A program made the translations under genes and the position numbers. DNA of 64,000 nucleotides from an uncultured Halobacteriales archaeon (lineage in GTDB: Archaea; Halobacteriota; Halobacteria; Halobacteriales; Haloarculaceae): NCBI GenBank assembly GCA_964383875.1, contig CAYLJD010000001.1:3299-67298 (forward strand), given 5' to 3'. The notes beneath the pieces are model-generated. The model made no database searches. It worked only from the letters and a program-made list of their open reading frames with translations, and was not told the DNA's origin. Position 1 is the first letter of the stretch. Each line of letters starts with the position of its first letter. This document shows positions 17,711-27,113 of the stretch, piece after piece.

Positions 17711-18673
17711 TCAGTCGATGTCCGCCCCGTCGTTTCGGGCCGAAACGAGATGTACCGAACCGTCGCGGTCCACACGATCGAGCGCAGCTTCGCCGACAGC
17801 CCTGGCTCGGTCGGCGTCATCGACGTGGGTCACGCCATAGACTGTCGGACCCCACGATGACTGTCCCGCGCCAGTGATCTCGGGTGCGGCGTCGAGCGCC
17901 TCGACGATTCGGCCCGCAGGCGGGCGGTAGATTCCACCTTGTTCGTCGGCGTACCAGGCGCCGTTCAGGCGACCGAGTCTGGCGGCCGACGATCCGAACT
18001 CGCCGTGATCACCGGTTGCGATTGCCGGAAGCAGGCGCCGGGTCAGCACGCTGGCGATGTCGTCGGCGATTCCCGGGTCCGCCCGTTCGACGACGGTCCG
18101 GATCCGCTCGTCCTCTGGCTGTCCGCTCGGCCCGGCAGGGGCGTCCGGGATGACGAGCACGAACCGCCAGTCCGACGGAACCGGATGACGGGCGATTGGT
18201 TCCGGCACGGTCCAGTCGCCACGTTCAGGCGCGTCGGTCGTGAACCGCTCCGTCGGATGCCCGCCGTCGACGACGAACCCGCCGTGCTCGAATGTCGCGA
18301 CGCCCACCCCGCTCCGTCCACCCCGACCCAAGTCCGGTGCGCGTGACCGGGGATCGGCCGGGACGTCGTGTGCGCGAGCGACGGCGACCAGCGTCGCGAG
18401 CGCCAGCTGCGTCCCGCTCCCAAGGCCCACGTGGCGGGGAAACGTCTGTGTGACGTCGACCCGGGCCCCGGGAACGCCCAGGCAGTCCACGACTCGGTGG
18501 AGGATGGGTTCGACGGCAGCATCCGGACACTCGACAGTGTCTCCTGGTTCCGCAGTGAGTTCGAGGACTGGCTCGGCCAGCGCCAACCCCACCCCGCCGT
18601 AGAGGCGTTCGTGGGCGAGCGAAAGGTTCTGGAAGCCCAAGTGGAGTCGGGCCCCAGTCCGAACCGTAACCAT
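17711..18673 (-). CDS. beta-ribofuranosylaminobenzene 5'-phosphate synthase-like (GHMP kinase superfamily)
   Basis: Starts at ATG 18673 (MVTVRTGARLHLGF...). The GHMP motif HVGLGSGTQLALA and the overall pattern are typical of archaeal beta-RFAP synthase (MptG-like). Confidence 0.7.
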   Translation of the reverse strand: MVTVRTGARLHLGFQNLSLAHERLYGGVGLALAEPVLELTAEPGDTVECPDAAVEPILHRVVDCLGVPGARVDVTQTFPRHVGLGSGTQLALATLVAVARAHDVPADPRSRAPDLGRGGRSGVGVATFEHGGFVVDGGHPTERFTTDAPERGDWTVPEPIARHPVPSDWRFVLVIPDAPAGPSGQPEDERIRTVVERADPGIADDIASVLTRRLLPAIATGDHGEFGSSAARLGRLNGAWYADEQGGIYRPPAGRIVEALDAAPEITGAGQSSWGPTVYGVTHVDDADRARAVGEAALDRVDRDGSVHLVSARNDGADID

Positions 18674-18767
18674 ACCGAGGAGTGGGGTGGGGTGAGTACT
18701 TAATGTGCGGGACCTCACCGGGCTATCCCCACGACCTCCATGGGTCAGCGTCACACACGAGGCGGCA

Positions 18768-18774
18768 ACTTAAG
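18768..18774 (+). promoter_or_regulatory. TATA-like box for ilvD
   Basis: The element acttaag is centred about 28 nt upstream of ATG 18799. Confidence 0.3.
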
Positions 18775-18798
18775 TCGGCGTGGACCGACCACCTGCGC

Positions 18799-20547
18799 AT
18801 GAGTCACCAGGAACCGGAGCGTCGCCGCGAGCGGGACACGAAGGATCCCGACCTCCCGAGCAACGAGGTGACCCGCGGACCGGAGCGGGCGCCCCACCGC
18901 GCCATGTTCCGGGCGATGGGATACGACGACGAGGATCTCGCTGCACCGATGGTCGGTGTCGCCAACCCGGCTGCAGACATCACCCCCTGTAACGTCCACC
19001 TGGACGACGTGGCCGGTGCGGCGTATAGAGGGATCGACACCGCCGGCGGGATGCCAATCGAGTTCGGGACCATCACCATCTCCGACGCCATTTCGATGGG
19101 AACTGAAGGAATGAAGGCCTCGCTCATCTCCCGCGAGATCATCGCCGACTCCGTCGAGCTGGTGGCCTTCGGCGAACGGATGGACGGCCTCGTGACCGTC
19201 GCCGGCTGCGACAAGAACCTCCCCGGGATGATGATGGCCGCGATCCGAACCGATCTCCCGACTGTCTTTCTCTACGGCGGGTCGATCCTCCCCGGAGAAC
19301 ACGAGGGACGGGAGGTCACGATCCAGAACGTCTTCGAAGGCGTCGGCGCGGTGTCACAGGGTGATATGAGCGAGGCCGAACTCGACGAACTCGAACGACA
19401 CGCGTGCCCCGGAGCAGGATCCTGCGGCGGGATGTTCACTGCAAACACGATGGCGTCGATTTCCGAGGCGCTCGGGTTCGCCCCGCTCGGGAGTGCGGGA
19501 GCGCCAGCCGAGAGTGACGAGCGCTACGAGACGGCACGACGGTCTGGCGAACTTGCCGTCGAGGTCGTCGAACAACGCCGCCGTCCCTCCGATCTGCTCA
19601 CGAAGGACTCGTTCGAGAACGCCATGGCACTGACCGTCGCTATCGGCGGCTCGACGAATGCCGTTTTGCACCTGCTCGCGCTCGCCGCGGAAGCCGGCAT
19701 CGACCTCGAGATCGACGAGTTCGACGCAATCTCCCGACGGACGCCGAAGATAGCAGACCTCCAGCCCGGCGGCACGCGTGTCATGAACGACCTCCACGAG
19801 CTGGGCGGCGTGCCCGTCGTCCTCCGTCGGCTTCTCGAGGCCGATCTCCTGCACGGCGACGCGTTGACTGTGACCGGCCGGACCATGGCGGACGAGATTG
19901 CCCACCTCGAATCCCAGGGACGCCTGCCGCCTGACGAGGACATCGATGCGGACTTCCTCTATCCAGTCGCGGCCCCGAAGCAACCCGAAGGAGCGATCAA
20001 GATTTTACGAGGGAACCTCGCTCCGGAGGGCGCCGTCCTCAAGGTGACGGGGGACGACGCGTTCCACCACAAGGGGCCCGCTCGCGTCTTCGAGGGCGAA
20101 GAAGCCGCCATGGCGTACGTCCAGGACGGCCAGATCGAGTCTGGTGACGTGATCGTCATCCGGAACGAGGGGCCGCGGGGTGGACCCGGGATGCGAGAGA
20201 TGCTCGGAGTCACCTCGGCAGTGGTCGGACAGGGACACGAAGACGACGTGGCGCTCGTCACAGACGGCCGATTCTCGGGAGCGACTCGCGGTCCGATGAT
20301 CGGACACGTCGCGCCGGAGGCGTACGTCGGTGGTCCGATCGGCGTGCTCGAAAACGGCGATACGATCACGATTGACATTCCGGAACGGACCCTCGCGGTG
20401 GATCTGAGCGACGCCGAACTCGAACGGCGACGGGAACTGCGTGACGACCCTGATCCACCATACGAGAACGGCGTGCTCGCCAAGTATACTCGCGACTTCG
20501 ATTCGGCGGCGAACGGTGCAGTCACGAATCCGGGCGTGACCCGATAA
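18799..20547 (+). CDS. ilvD: dihydroxy-acid dehydratase
   Basis: Starts at ATG 18799. It carries IlvD/Edd motifs: RAPHRAMFRAMG, CDKNLPGMMMA, CPGAGSCGGMFTANTM and TDGRFSGATRGP. Confidence 0.92.
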   Translation: MSHQEPERRRERDTKDPDLPSNEVTRGPERAPHRAMFRAMGYDDEDLAAPMVGVANPAADITPCNVHLDDVAGAAYRGIDTAGGMPIEFGTITISDAISMGTEGMKASLISREIIADSVELVAFGERMDGLVTVAGCDKNLPGMMMAAIRTDLPTVFLYGGSILPGEHEGREVTIQNVFEGVGAVSQGDMSEAELDELERHACPGAGSCGGMFTANTMASISEALGFAPLGSAGAPAESDERYETARRSGELAVEVVEQRRRPSDLLTKDSFENAMALTVAIGGSTNAVLHLLALAAEAGIDLEIDEFDAISRRTPKIADLQPGGTRVMNDLHELGGVPVVLRRLLEADLLHGDALTVTGRTMADEIAHLESQGRLPPDEDIDADFLYPVAAPKQPEGAIKILRGNLAPEGAVLKVTGDDAFHHKGPARVFEGEEAAMAYVQDGQIESGDVIVIRNEGPRGGPGMREMLGVTSAVVGQGHEDDVALVTDGRFSGATRGPMIGHVAPEAYVGGPIGVLENGDTITIDIPERTLAVDLSDAELERRRELRDDPDPPYENGVLAKYTRDFDSAANGAVTNPGVTR

Positions 20548-20822
20548 TTCGCACTCACGGACGTGATCCGATCCATCGGGACTGCCCGGCACGTGGTAAT
20601 CGAGCGTTTTCAACCCGCAACAGGTAGATATCGGCGTCGATGACGAAGGGAGGCCATGGGCGTCGAGCACGGGACGGCGTCGACGAGCGTGCCACGCGAG
20701 CGGTCAGTTCTCGTCGCTCGTGACTGATCGGTTCCACTATCGAAACAGTGAGTGGTAGTTTTAATTGAATAGTATTGATTACCTAGCAAAAGAGTCTTGG
20801 GACGTCCGTGTGAGAGGGCTCC

Positions 20823-21377
20823 GTGGCCCGTCTCGCCCTCCTCGCGATTGGCTGGAGCCTGTGTCTCCTGACGGCAGGGTGTGCGGGTCTCGTGGGTGGT
20901 GGGGCCAGCACATACAACGCGACCGTGACCGAGGTCGTCGACGGCGACACGGTGGAAGTCCGCCTCGAGAACGGATCCGCTCGGACCATCAGACTCCTCG
21001 GCGTCGACTCCCCGGAACTCTACGCCCGGACGAATCCGTCGGAATTCGTGGGTGTTCCCGACACCGACGCCGGGGGTCGGTGTCTCCACGAGGCGGCTGA
21101 GACTGCGAGGGCCGTTCTCCACAGTCAGGTCGCCGGCGACCGCATCCAGCTCAAAACCGATCCGGCGGCGGATCGGCAAGGAGACTACGGTCGGTTGCTG
21201 GCCTACCTCTACAAGGCCGATCGGAATCTAAACTACGACCTCATCGAGGGAGGCCACGCCAGGGTCTATCAGACGCGCTTTTCCGAACGAGTCCGGTTCG
21301 AACAGGCTGCCGCGGACGCCCGATCGGCCCACCGCGGTCTCTGGCAGTGCCGGCACCCCGACGAACTGTCCGGGTAA
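20823..21377 (+). CDS. thermonuclease (staphylococcal nuclease-like) lipoprotein
   Basis: Starts at GTG 20823. It has a signal peptide with lipobox LLTAGC and SNase motifs (VVDGDTVEV, IRLLGVDSPE, DYGRLLAYLY, and a C-terminal GLW). Confidence 0.8.
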   Translation: MARLALLAIGWSLCLLTAGCAGLVGGGASTYNATVTEVVDGDTVEVRLENGSARTIRLLGVDSPELYARTNPSEFVGVPDTDAGGRCLHEAAETARAVLHSQVAGDRIQLKTDPAADRQGDYGRLLAYLYKADRNLNYDLIEGGHARVYQTRFSERVRFEQAAADARSAHRGLWQCRHPDELSG

Positions 21378-21393
21378 AGGCCCTGCGGCGCGA

Positions 21394-22251
21394 TCAACCC
21401 CGCCAGATCGTGGAAAACGCGTCGAAGTAGTCGGTGTCAGTCGCCACCAGCGAATGATCGATTTCGAGGTCCTGCGCCCGAACTGCCACGTCGTCGACGA
21501 ACGTGCGCACCCGCTGTTTGTATCGGTCGGCCAGTCGACCACCGAAGTACGTCCGTCGCTGCAGGTCAGTCTCGGCGTCCTCGAAGATGGTATCACCGCT
21601 CGTCTCCGGGTCGAGTTCACCCGGAGAGAGGACCTGGGCGAGCACGACATCGTTCCGCGACAGAGAGGCAAGCCCGGTCTCGAGGGCGTCAAGATCGCCG
21701 ATGCAATCTGTGACAACCACCACGAGCGAACGGGTATTGATCGAGGCGGCGTACTCGCCAAGTGCGGCCTCGAAGTCTGACTCGCCGCTCGGATCGGCCG
21801 CGTTCAGCCGGTCGACCAGCGCGAGGACCTCCCCGCGTGTCGACCGCCCGGCGTCGAGACGATCGGTACGGTCCCGAAAGAGGGAAAACTGGAAGTCGTC
21901 GTGGGCCTCGGCCACGAGGTACGCGTAGCCAAGACCGAGTTTCGCCCCGAACTCGAACTTGTGCTCGTCGCCCGCCCCGTAGTCCATCGAGGCACTGGCG
22001 TCGAGTAACACGTGGACGGTGAGATTGCGCTCCTCTTCGAATCGCTTGATGAACAGTTCGTCCGTCCGGGCGTACAGCCGCCAGTCGAGGAGTCGGGTGT
22101 CGTCACCCGGCGAGTATCGGCGAAAGTCGCTGAACGTCAGTCCCTCCCCGACACTCGGGGACTCCTGTTCCCCACGCTCGACCGCGGTCGTCCGCTGTCT
22201 GACCGAGGACTGGAACCGGTCGAGTTCGTCGAGGAACGCTGGGTCGATCAT
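21394..22251 (-). CDS. DUF58 domain protein (MoxR-associated, vWA-like)
   Basis: The motif FSDFRRYSPGDDTRLLDWRLYARTDELFIKRFEEERNLTVHVLLDASASM is the DUF58 hallmark. ATG 22251 shares one nt with the moxR stop (TGATG). Confidence 0.85.
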   Translation of the reverse strand: MIDPAFLDELDRFQSSVRQRTTAVERGEQESPSVGEGLTFSDFRRYSPGDDTRLLDWRLYARTDELFIKRFEEERNLTVHVLLDASASMDYGAGDEHKFEFGAKLGLGYAYLVAEAHDDFQFSLFRDRTDRLDAGRSTRGEVLALVDRLNAADPSGESDFEAALGEYAASINTRSLVVVVTDCIGDLDALETGLASLSRNDVVLAQVLSPGELDPETSGDTIFEDAETDLQRRTYFGGRLADRYKQRVRTFVDDVAVRAQDLEIDHSLVATDTDYFDAFSTIWRG

Positions 22252-23195
22252 CAGGCCTCAGCGAGCAACTCGGCCACGACGTCGTCGGTCGTCCGGCCCT
22301 CCCGTTCGGCGCGGAAGTCCAGCAGGATGCGGTGGCGCAACACCGGCGGTGCCATCGCCTCGATGTCTTCCCACGAGACGTGGTTCCGTCCGTGGAGGAA
22401 CGCTCGCGCCTTGGCCGTCAGGATGAGTCCCATGCTCGCCCTGGGGCTCGCACCGAACTCGACGTCGTCAGTGTCTCGCGTGGCACGCACCAGATCGATG
22501 GCGCGGTCACGGATGTCGTCTGCCACGGGCACTTCTCTGACGAGTGACTGCGCCTCGCGGATCTCGTCTCGAGTGAGGACTTGATCGACGTCCGGGGCTG
22601 GCTGCCCGACAGTATAGAGATCGACAATCGTCCGTTCCTCCTCGTCGCTCGGATAGTCGAGGAGGAGCTTCAGGAGGAACCGGTCGGTCTGGGCCTCTGG
22701 AAGCGGATAGGTTCCCTCTTGGTCGATCGGGTTCTGCGTCGCGAGGACGAAAAACGGCCGTGGGAGGTCGTACGTCTCTCCAGCCGCGGTCACCTGCTTT
22801 TCCTGCATCGCTTCCAGCAGCGCTGCCTGGGTTTTGGGCGTCGCGCGGTTGATCTCGTCAGCGAGCACGACGTTGGCGAAGACGGGGCCCCGTTCGAAGA
22901 CGAACTCGCGATTCCCACCTGACTCGCGGATGATCTCCGTCCCCGTAATGTCCGATGGCATCAGGTCGGGAGTATTCTGGATCCTGGAGAACTCCAGATC
23001 CGTGACGTTCGCGAGCGTCCGGACCATTGTGGTCTTGCCAAGACCTGGATTGCTTTCCAGGAGTGCGTTGCCGTCCGCCAGCACACACACGATCAGGCGT
23101 TCCAGCACGTCTACCTGACCGACAATCCGTTTGCCCACCTCCTCGCGAACGCGCCCGAGGCGGTCCTGCAGCGCGTCAATGTCGGTCTCGCTCAC
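22251..23195 (-). CDS. MoxR-family AAA+ ATPase
   Basis: Walker A ESNPGLGKTT, Walker B VVLADEINRA, plus TPKTQAALLEAMQE and FFVLATQNPIDQEGTYPLPEAQTDRF. The GTG start at 23195 overlaps the upstream stop (GTGA). Confidence 0.9.
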   Translation of the reverse strand: MSETDIDALQDRLGRVREEVGKRIVGQVDVLERLIVCVLADGNALLESNPGLGKTTMVRTLANVTDLEFSRIQNTPDLMPSDITGTEIIRESGGNREFVFERGPVFANVVLADEINRATPKTQAALLEAMQEKQVTAAGETYDLPRPFFVLATQNPIDQEGTYPLPEAQTDRFLLKLLLDYPSDEEERTIVDLYTVGQPAPDVDQVLTRDEIREAQSLVREVPVADDIRDRAIDLVRATRDTDDVEFGASPRASMGLILTAKARAFLHGRNHVSWEDIEAMAPPVLRHRILLDFRAEREGRTTDDVVAELLAEA

Positions 23196-24124
23196 GCGTC
23201 ACCCCCCTCGCGGATCCGCAAGTTGTACTCCCGGATCAGAGCCGCGTCTTCGAGCTGTTCCGACCCGGAGAACCCGGCCTGTTGACTCTCGATCGAGGTA
23301 CCGGCCGCGAACCCGCTGGTGTCGTACGAAACGGCCGGGTCGTCGCCGGTGCCGTCACTTCCACCAGACCCGGTTGTGCCGATGAGGGCGTCCATGGAAT
23401 TCTCTCCAGTGGGCACGTCTTCGGCTTCGCCGAGAATCGACGAGCCGTCCTGGAGGCCGCTGTACTCGTCCGCTCTGGTGTCACCAGGTGTTCCATCGCC
23501 CGGCCCATCGATCGCGCCGATCGAAATGTCGATTACAGCCAGCTGGATCGACGCCAGGCTCACGATCGCCACAAGCACGACGGTCGCCGTCACCCGCCGG
23601 AGATCTACGAGGCCGAGGCTGGAGGATCGCCGGAGTTCTGACAGGACATCCTCATAGAGGCGCCGAGCAATTCGAGAGTTGGTGTCGGCCGCGAGCGCGT
23701 CGCGAGCGGTTCGGAGTGACTCACGGAGACCGGGATTGGCCGCCTCGAACTGCTCGATCAGTGGGCGCCGGACGCGGAGAGTCACTTCGGCGCTGAAGGC
23801 CACCACACCGAGAATTACACCAACGATGGCACTCGTGCCCACCGTCGGATCGGCGAGGGTGAGGCCAATGGTACTGCGCAACGCCGTTACACCTGCCTCG
23901 GGAATCGGGACCCGGGCCGGGAGGAACGGCGGCTGCCAGACGGAGAGGACGAGGTTGGTCCCCAGCGTGACGAGCGCCGCATCGAGGGTGGCGTAGATGA
24001 CCGCGACTTTCCACCCTTCGCGGCGGATCTCCGTCAACGCCTGGCGCATTCGCCCCGCCTCGTTCGCGTCCGCCCCCGCTGCGGGGTGGACTGGTTCGTC
24101 CGTCACGCTCAGACGCTCCCACAT
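23192..24124 (-). CDS. membrane protein of the MoxR/vWA operon (3 TM, acidic Gly/Ser/Asp-rich C-terminal tail)
   Basis: ATG 24124 overlaps the preceding gene by 16 nt. An alternative ATG lies at 24049. It has hydrophobic helices (VAVIYATLDAALVTLG..., AIVGVILGVVAF..., VTATVVLVAIVSLASI). No family is recognised. Confidence 0.65.
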   Translation of the reverse strand: MWERLSVTDEPVHPAAGADANEAGRMRQALTEIRREGWKVAVIYATLDAALVTLGTNLVLSVWQPPFLPARVPIPEAGVTALRSTIGLTLADPTVGTSAIVGVILGVVAFSAEVTLRVRRPLIEQFEAANPGLRESLRTARDALAADTNSRIARRLYEDVLSELRRSSSLGLVDLRRVTATVVLVAIVSLASIQLAVIDISIGAIDGPGDGTPGDTRADEYSGLQDGSSILGEAEDVPTGENSMDALIGTTGSGGSDGTGDDPAVSYDTSGFAAGTSIESQQAGFSGSEQLEDAALIREYNLRIREGGDA

Positions 24125-24732
24125 TCTGGGGGTCGGTTGTCCGGTTCGAGTCTCTCACAGGCCGTCCGGAGTCCACTCTCGAGTTCGGAGACGTCGGTCT
24201 CGAGGCGGTTGTTCTCCGCCTGCAGGTCGTCAACCTGCGCGTTCAGGTCGGAGACCTCTCCTTCGAGCTGCGAGACGTCGTCGCTGAGCGAGTCGACCTC
24301 GTTCTGGAGTTGGTCGCGCTCGGCCCGCAGATCGGCGTTCGTCGATTCGAGCGAATTGACGCGAGATTGCAGCTGCTCGACCCGGTCACGGGCCTGGCGG
24401 AGGTCCTGGAGCGTCGTGCTCAGCTCCTCTTCGGTCGCTTCCAACTGCCCTTCTGTCTGATCCAAATTCTCCGCAACCTGGCTCACGTCACCGCGTGTCG
24501 TCTGCAAGCTCTCGTTCAGCTCGGCCACACGCTGGCGCATGTTCTGCAGGTCCTGCTCCGTCTGCGCGAGGTCCTCACGGAGCTGTTCGTTTTGCGAGCC
24601 GAGCTGGGTGTTGGCCGTGTCGAGTTCGTCGACCGACTCCTGGTACAGGAGGGTCGCACCGGCGTTTCCGACCACCAGGAGACAGACGACGAAGACGAGT
24701 CCGAGGTTGATCGATCGACCAATCAGGGTCAT
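24109..24732 (-). CDS. N-terminally membrane-anchored coiled-coil protein
   Basis: ATG 24732 overlaps the upstream stop (ATGA). A TM helix (INLGLVFVVCLLVVGNAG) is followed by about 170 aa of heptad-like Q/E/L/D repeats. The protein ends in CERLEPDNRPPECGSV. Confidence 0.7.
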   Translation of the reverse strand: MTLIGRSINLGLVFVVCLLVVGNAGATLLYQESVDELDTANTQLGSQNEQLREDLAQTEQDLQNMRQRVAELNESLQTTRGDVSQVAENLDQTEGQLEATEEELSTTLQDLRQARDRVEQLQSRVNSLESTNADLRAERDQLQNEVDSLSDDVSQLEGEVSDLNAQVDDLQAENNRLETDVSELESGLRTACERLEPDNRPPECGSV

Positions 24733-27113
24733 GGAAGGCCGCTCTCGCTCCGGGTATGCCCCCGGTACACTTGAAGTCGACGCACGACGACTTCCGCCAG
24801 AAAGACCCCGAGCGCCACGACCAGCAACGCCCAATCCCACTGCTGGCGGACGTCTCTCACACGGGTTGATTGCTGTCGGGCGAACGACGCGATCGCCGCG
24901 GCGTCATCCTGATCGAACTGCTGACCACCAGTCGTCCGGGCGGCTTCGGCCACCGCCGGCGCCGGACCGAACCCGAGGTACTCCGCGTGGTAATTCGCCG
25001 CGTACGTGGCCCCGGCGACCGTCTCAAACCCAGTCGAGTCCGGCGAGACCTCGGCCCGGAAGACGCCGTCGTCGACGGCGCGGAACGTGAGGTTCGGGGC
25101 CGACGGTGGATTCGACCCGCGGTAGGTGACCGGTGTCGCCTCACCGACGCGAGTATCGCCAACCTCGACGATGTCGGTCGCCTTCCGTTCCGGATCGCCG
25201 ATGGCGTAGTTGACCGATTTCGTCACAGCCAGCGAATCGGGCTGGTCAAGCAAGCCGTCCAGGCTCCCGTCGACGCCGTAGGTCGTGATCGTGACCGCCC
25301 GCCCCAACCCGTAGCGCCAGGATGCAAACGCCGGCGTCCCGTCCTCGGCAGCGACGAGGAAGTCGGCACCCGGCCGAATCGAGACGTCATTGACCTGCCC
25401 TGGGTTGGACTCGAACGTCACGCCGGCCGTCACGAAATGGCTCGGATCAACGACAGTGAGGCCCTCGCCCTCGAACTGGCGCGATCCGCCACCGAAGAGG
25501 AGGCGAAGCCGCTCTGTCTCTGTGGCCCGAACGTACTGTCCATTCGACGCCTGGGCGACGTCTCGCAGTACCCGTTCGTTGACGTTCCGCCCAGCGCCAA
25601 TGGCGATGACGCGCACCCCCTGGCGGCCGAGCGAGTCGGCGACGACGCGGGACGGACTCAGCGGATCGTGCCCGTCACTGATCAGGATGACCGTGCCTCG
25701 CTGGCCCGCCAACATCTCCTCGGCTCCGCGGAGGCCGGTCGCAATGTCGGTGGCCCCGCCAGCCTGCAGTCGAGAAATGCGATCTTGCAGCTCGGCCCGA
25801 TTCGCGGCCAGTTCTTCGGGCTGGGCGACGGCGTAGGCGTCGTAGTTGAATCCGACGAGGCCGACGATGTTCTCGTTGCCGAGTTGGGAGAGTGCATCCA
25901 GTGCGACCGCCTTCTGGATCTGCATTCCTTCCCCGGCACTGCCAGAGACGTCGACCAAGAGGATTATCCGCGCCGTTCCTTGCGTCGATTCCCCGAGCGT
26001 GACCGGGAGCATGGACGCGATCGGAGACTCGGCGTACCCGCCGTTTTCGAAGCTGTTCCGCCCACCCGCCAAGACGAGTCCGTTGCCGTCGATCACGAAC
26101 CGTTGCAGTTCGTCCACGCGGCCCAAATCGTCGGCGGCCAGGTCCTGGACCACGACCGCGTAATAGGGATCCAGGTCTGCCGGAATTGCGTCGGCCGTGT
26201 CCACCTCGTAGAGCTCCCCCAGATAGTCGCGGAGGGGGTAGGTCCCCTGGGCGACGTAGAGGACCCGCGGTGGCTCCACGACCCGGACGGTCTTTCGAGC
26301 GACGTCGTTGACAGCAAAGGTATCGTCCCCATCGATCGCCGCGGTGACCCGATGGGAGCCGGTGGCTTCGAAAGTGTGTGTGACCTGGACGCTCCCGTTT
26401 GTGCCCTGGATCGATTCACTGGCGACCGTCTCGCCGTCGACCGCGACGGTCAGTGTCACGGATCCGGTGGCGTCGACGCCTCCGACCTGCGCGAGGAACT
26501 GACTCTCGACGCCGGCGCTCGTCTTGGCCGGTCCGGCGAGCGTCACGTACCGCTCACTCCGGTCGGGCGCAGGCGTGACGGTACTGATCGTCGCGTTGAG
26601 CGTGCGGGCAAACTCCGCCGCCGCTGGGAGACTCCGCCCGCCGGTGACCCGGCCGTCGGAGACGAGAACCACCGACCCGTTCTCCTGCAGATTTGCGGCT
26701 AGGCCCTCGCCGATCCGCGAGTTCGTTCCCTGGCCGATGGTCGCCACGGTGGCCGGCACGCCTGCAGCTTCGATGTCGGCTGCGAGTGTGTCCCCGACGG
26801 CTGGCGAGACAGCCATGCTGTCCGAGCGATCGACGAGCACCGTCACCTGGGGCTCGCCGGGCGTCTCCATCGTCGCGACCGTGAAGGGGCCGGCCGCCGC
26901 GACGACAAGCAGCGTGATGACGCCGAGTCGCGAGACAGAAAACCACCGACGACTCCGCGTGCCGGCCGTGCCACTCGCCCGGCGGTACACGAGAAGCCAG
27001 AGAAAGATTACGGCGACCGGAAACGCGATCAGCACGAGCGGTGTTTCGACGCCGACCACCAGCCCGTTCGGTAGGGTGGTTCGTGCCGCGAGTATCCCGA
27101 CGCCGGGAGCCAT
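24729..27113 (-). CDS. large vWA-domain membrane protein (BatB-like)
   Basis: ATG 27113 shares one nt with the upstream stop (TGATG). It has N-terminal TM helices and two vWA MIDAS-type segments (VLVDRSDSM; ILLVDVSGSAG...GGATDIATGL...ILISDG). A C-terminal TM helix (WALLVVALGVFLAEVVV) closes the protein. Confidence 0.8.
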   Translation of the reverse strand: MAPGVGILAARTTLPNGLVVGVETPLVLIAFPVAVIFLWLLVYRRASGTAGTRSRRWFSVSRLGVITLLVVAAAGPFTVATMETPGEPQVTVLVDRSDSMAVSPAVGDTLAADIEAAGVPATVATIGQGTNSRIGEGLAANLQENGSVVLVSDGRVTGGRSLPAAAEFARTLNATISTVTPAPDRSERYVTLAGPAKTSAGVESQFLAQVGGVDATGSVTLTVAVDGETVASESIQGTNGSVQVTHTFEATGSHRVTAAIDGDDTFAVNDVARKTVRVVEPPRVLYVAQGTYPLRDYLGELYEVDTADAIPADLDPYYAVVVQDLAADDLGRVDELQRFVIDGNGLVLAGGRNSFENGGYAESPIASMLPVTLGESTQGTARIILLVDVSGSAGEGMQIQKAVALDALSQLGNENIVGLVGFNYDAYAVAQPEELAANRAELQDRISRLQAGGATDIATGLRGAEEMLAGQRGTVILISDGHDPLSPSRVVADSLGRQGVRVIAIGAGRNVNERVLRDVAQASNGQYVRATETERLRLLFGGGSRQFEGEGLTVVDPSHFVTAGVTFESNPGQVNDVSIRPGADFLVAAEDGTPAFASWRYGLGRAVTITTYGVDGSLDGLLDQPDSLAVTKSVNYAIGDPERKATDIVEVGDTRVGEATPVTYRGSNPPSAPNLTFRAVDDGVFRAEVSPDSTGFETVAGATYAANYHAEYLGFGPAPAVAEAARTTGGQQFDQDDAAAIASFARQQSTRVRDVRQQWDWALLVVALGVFLAEVVVRRLQVYRGHTRSESGLP

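Noticed and set aside
20548-20822. Small ORFs or an ncRNA in the ilvD-nuclease spacer
   Set aside because: The candidate ORFs (for example MTKGGHGRRARDG...) are basic and lack codon bias. I could find no convincing stem-loop architecture by eye.
24870-26702. 610-aa ORF on the plus strand inside the vWA gene region
   Set aside because: It lies antisense to the 794-aa vWA protein. Its composition is Arg/Gly/Pro-rich with no motifs, so it is a shadow ORF.
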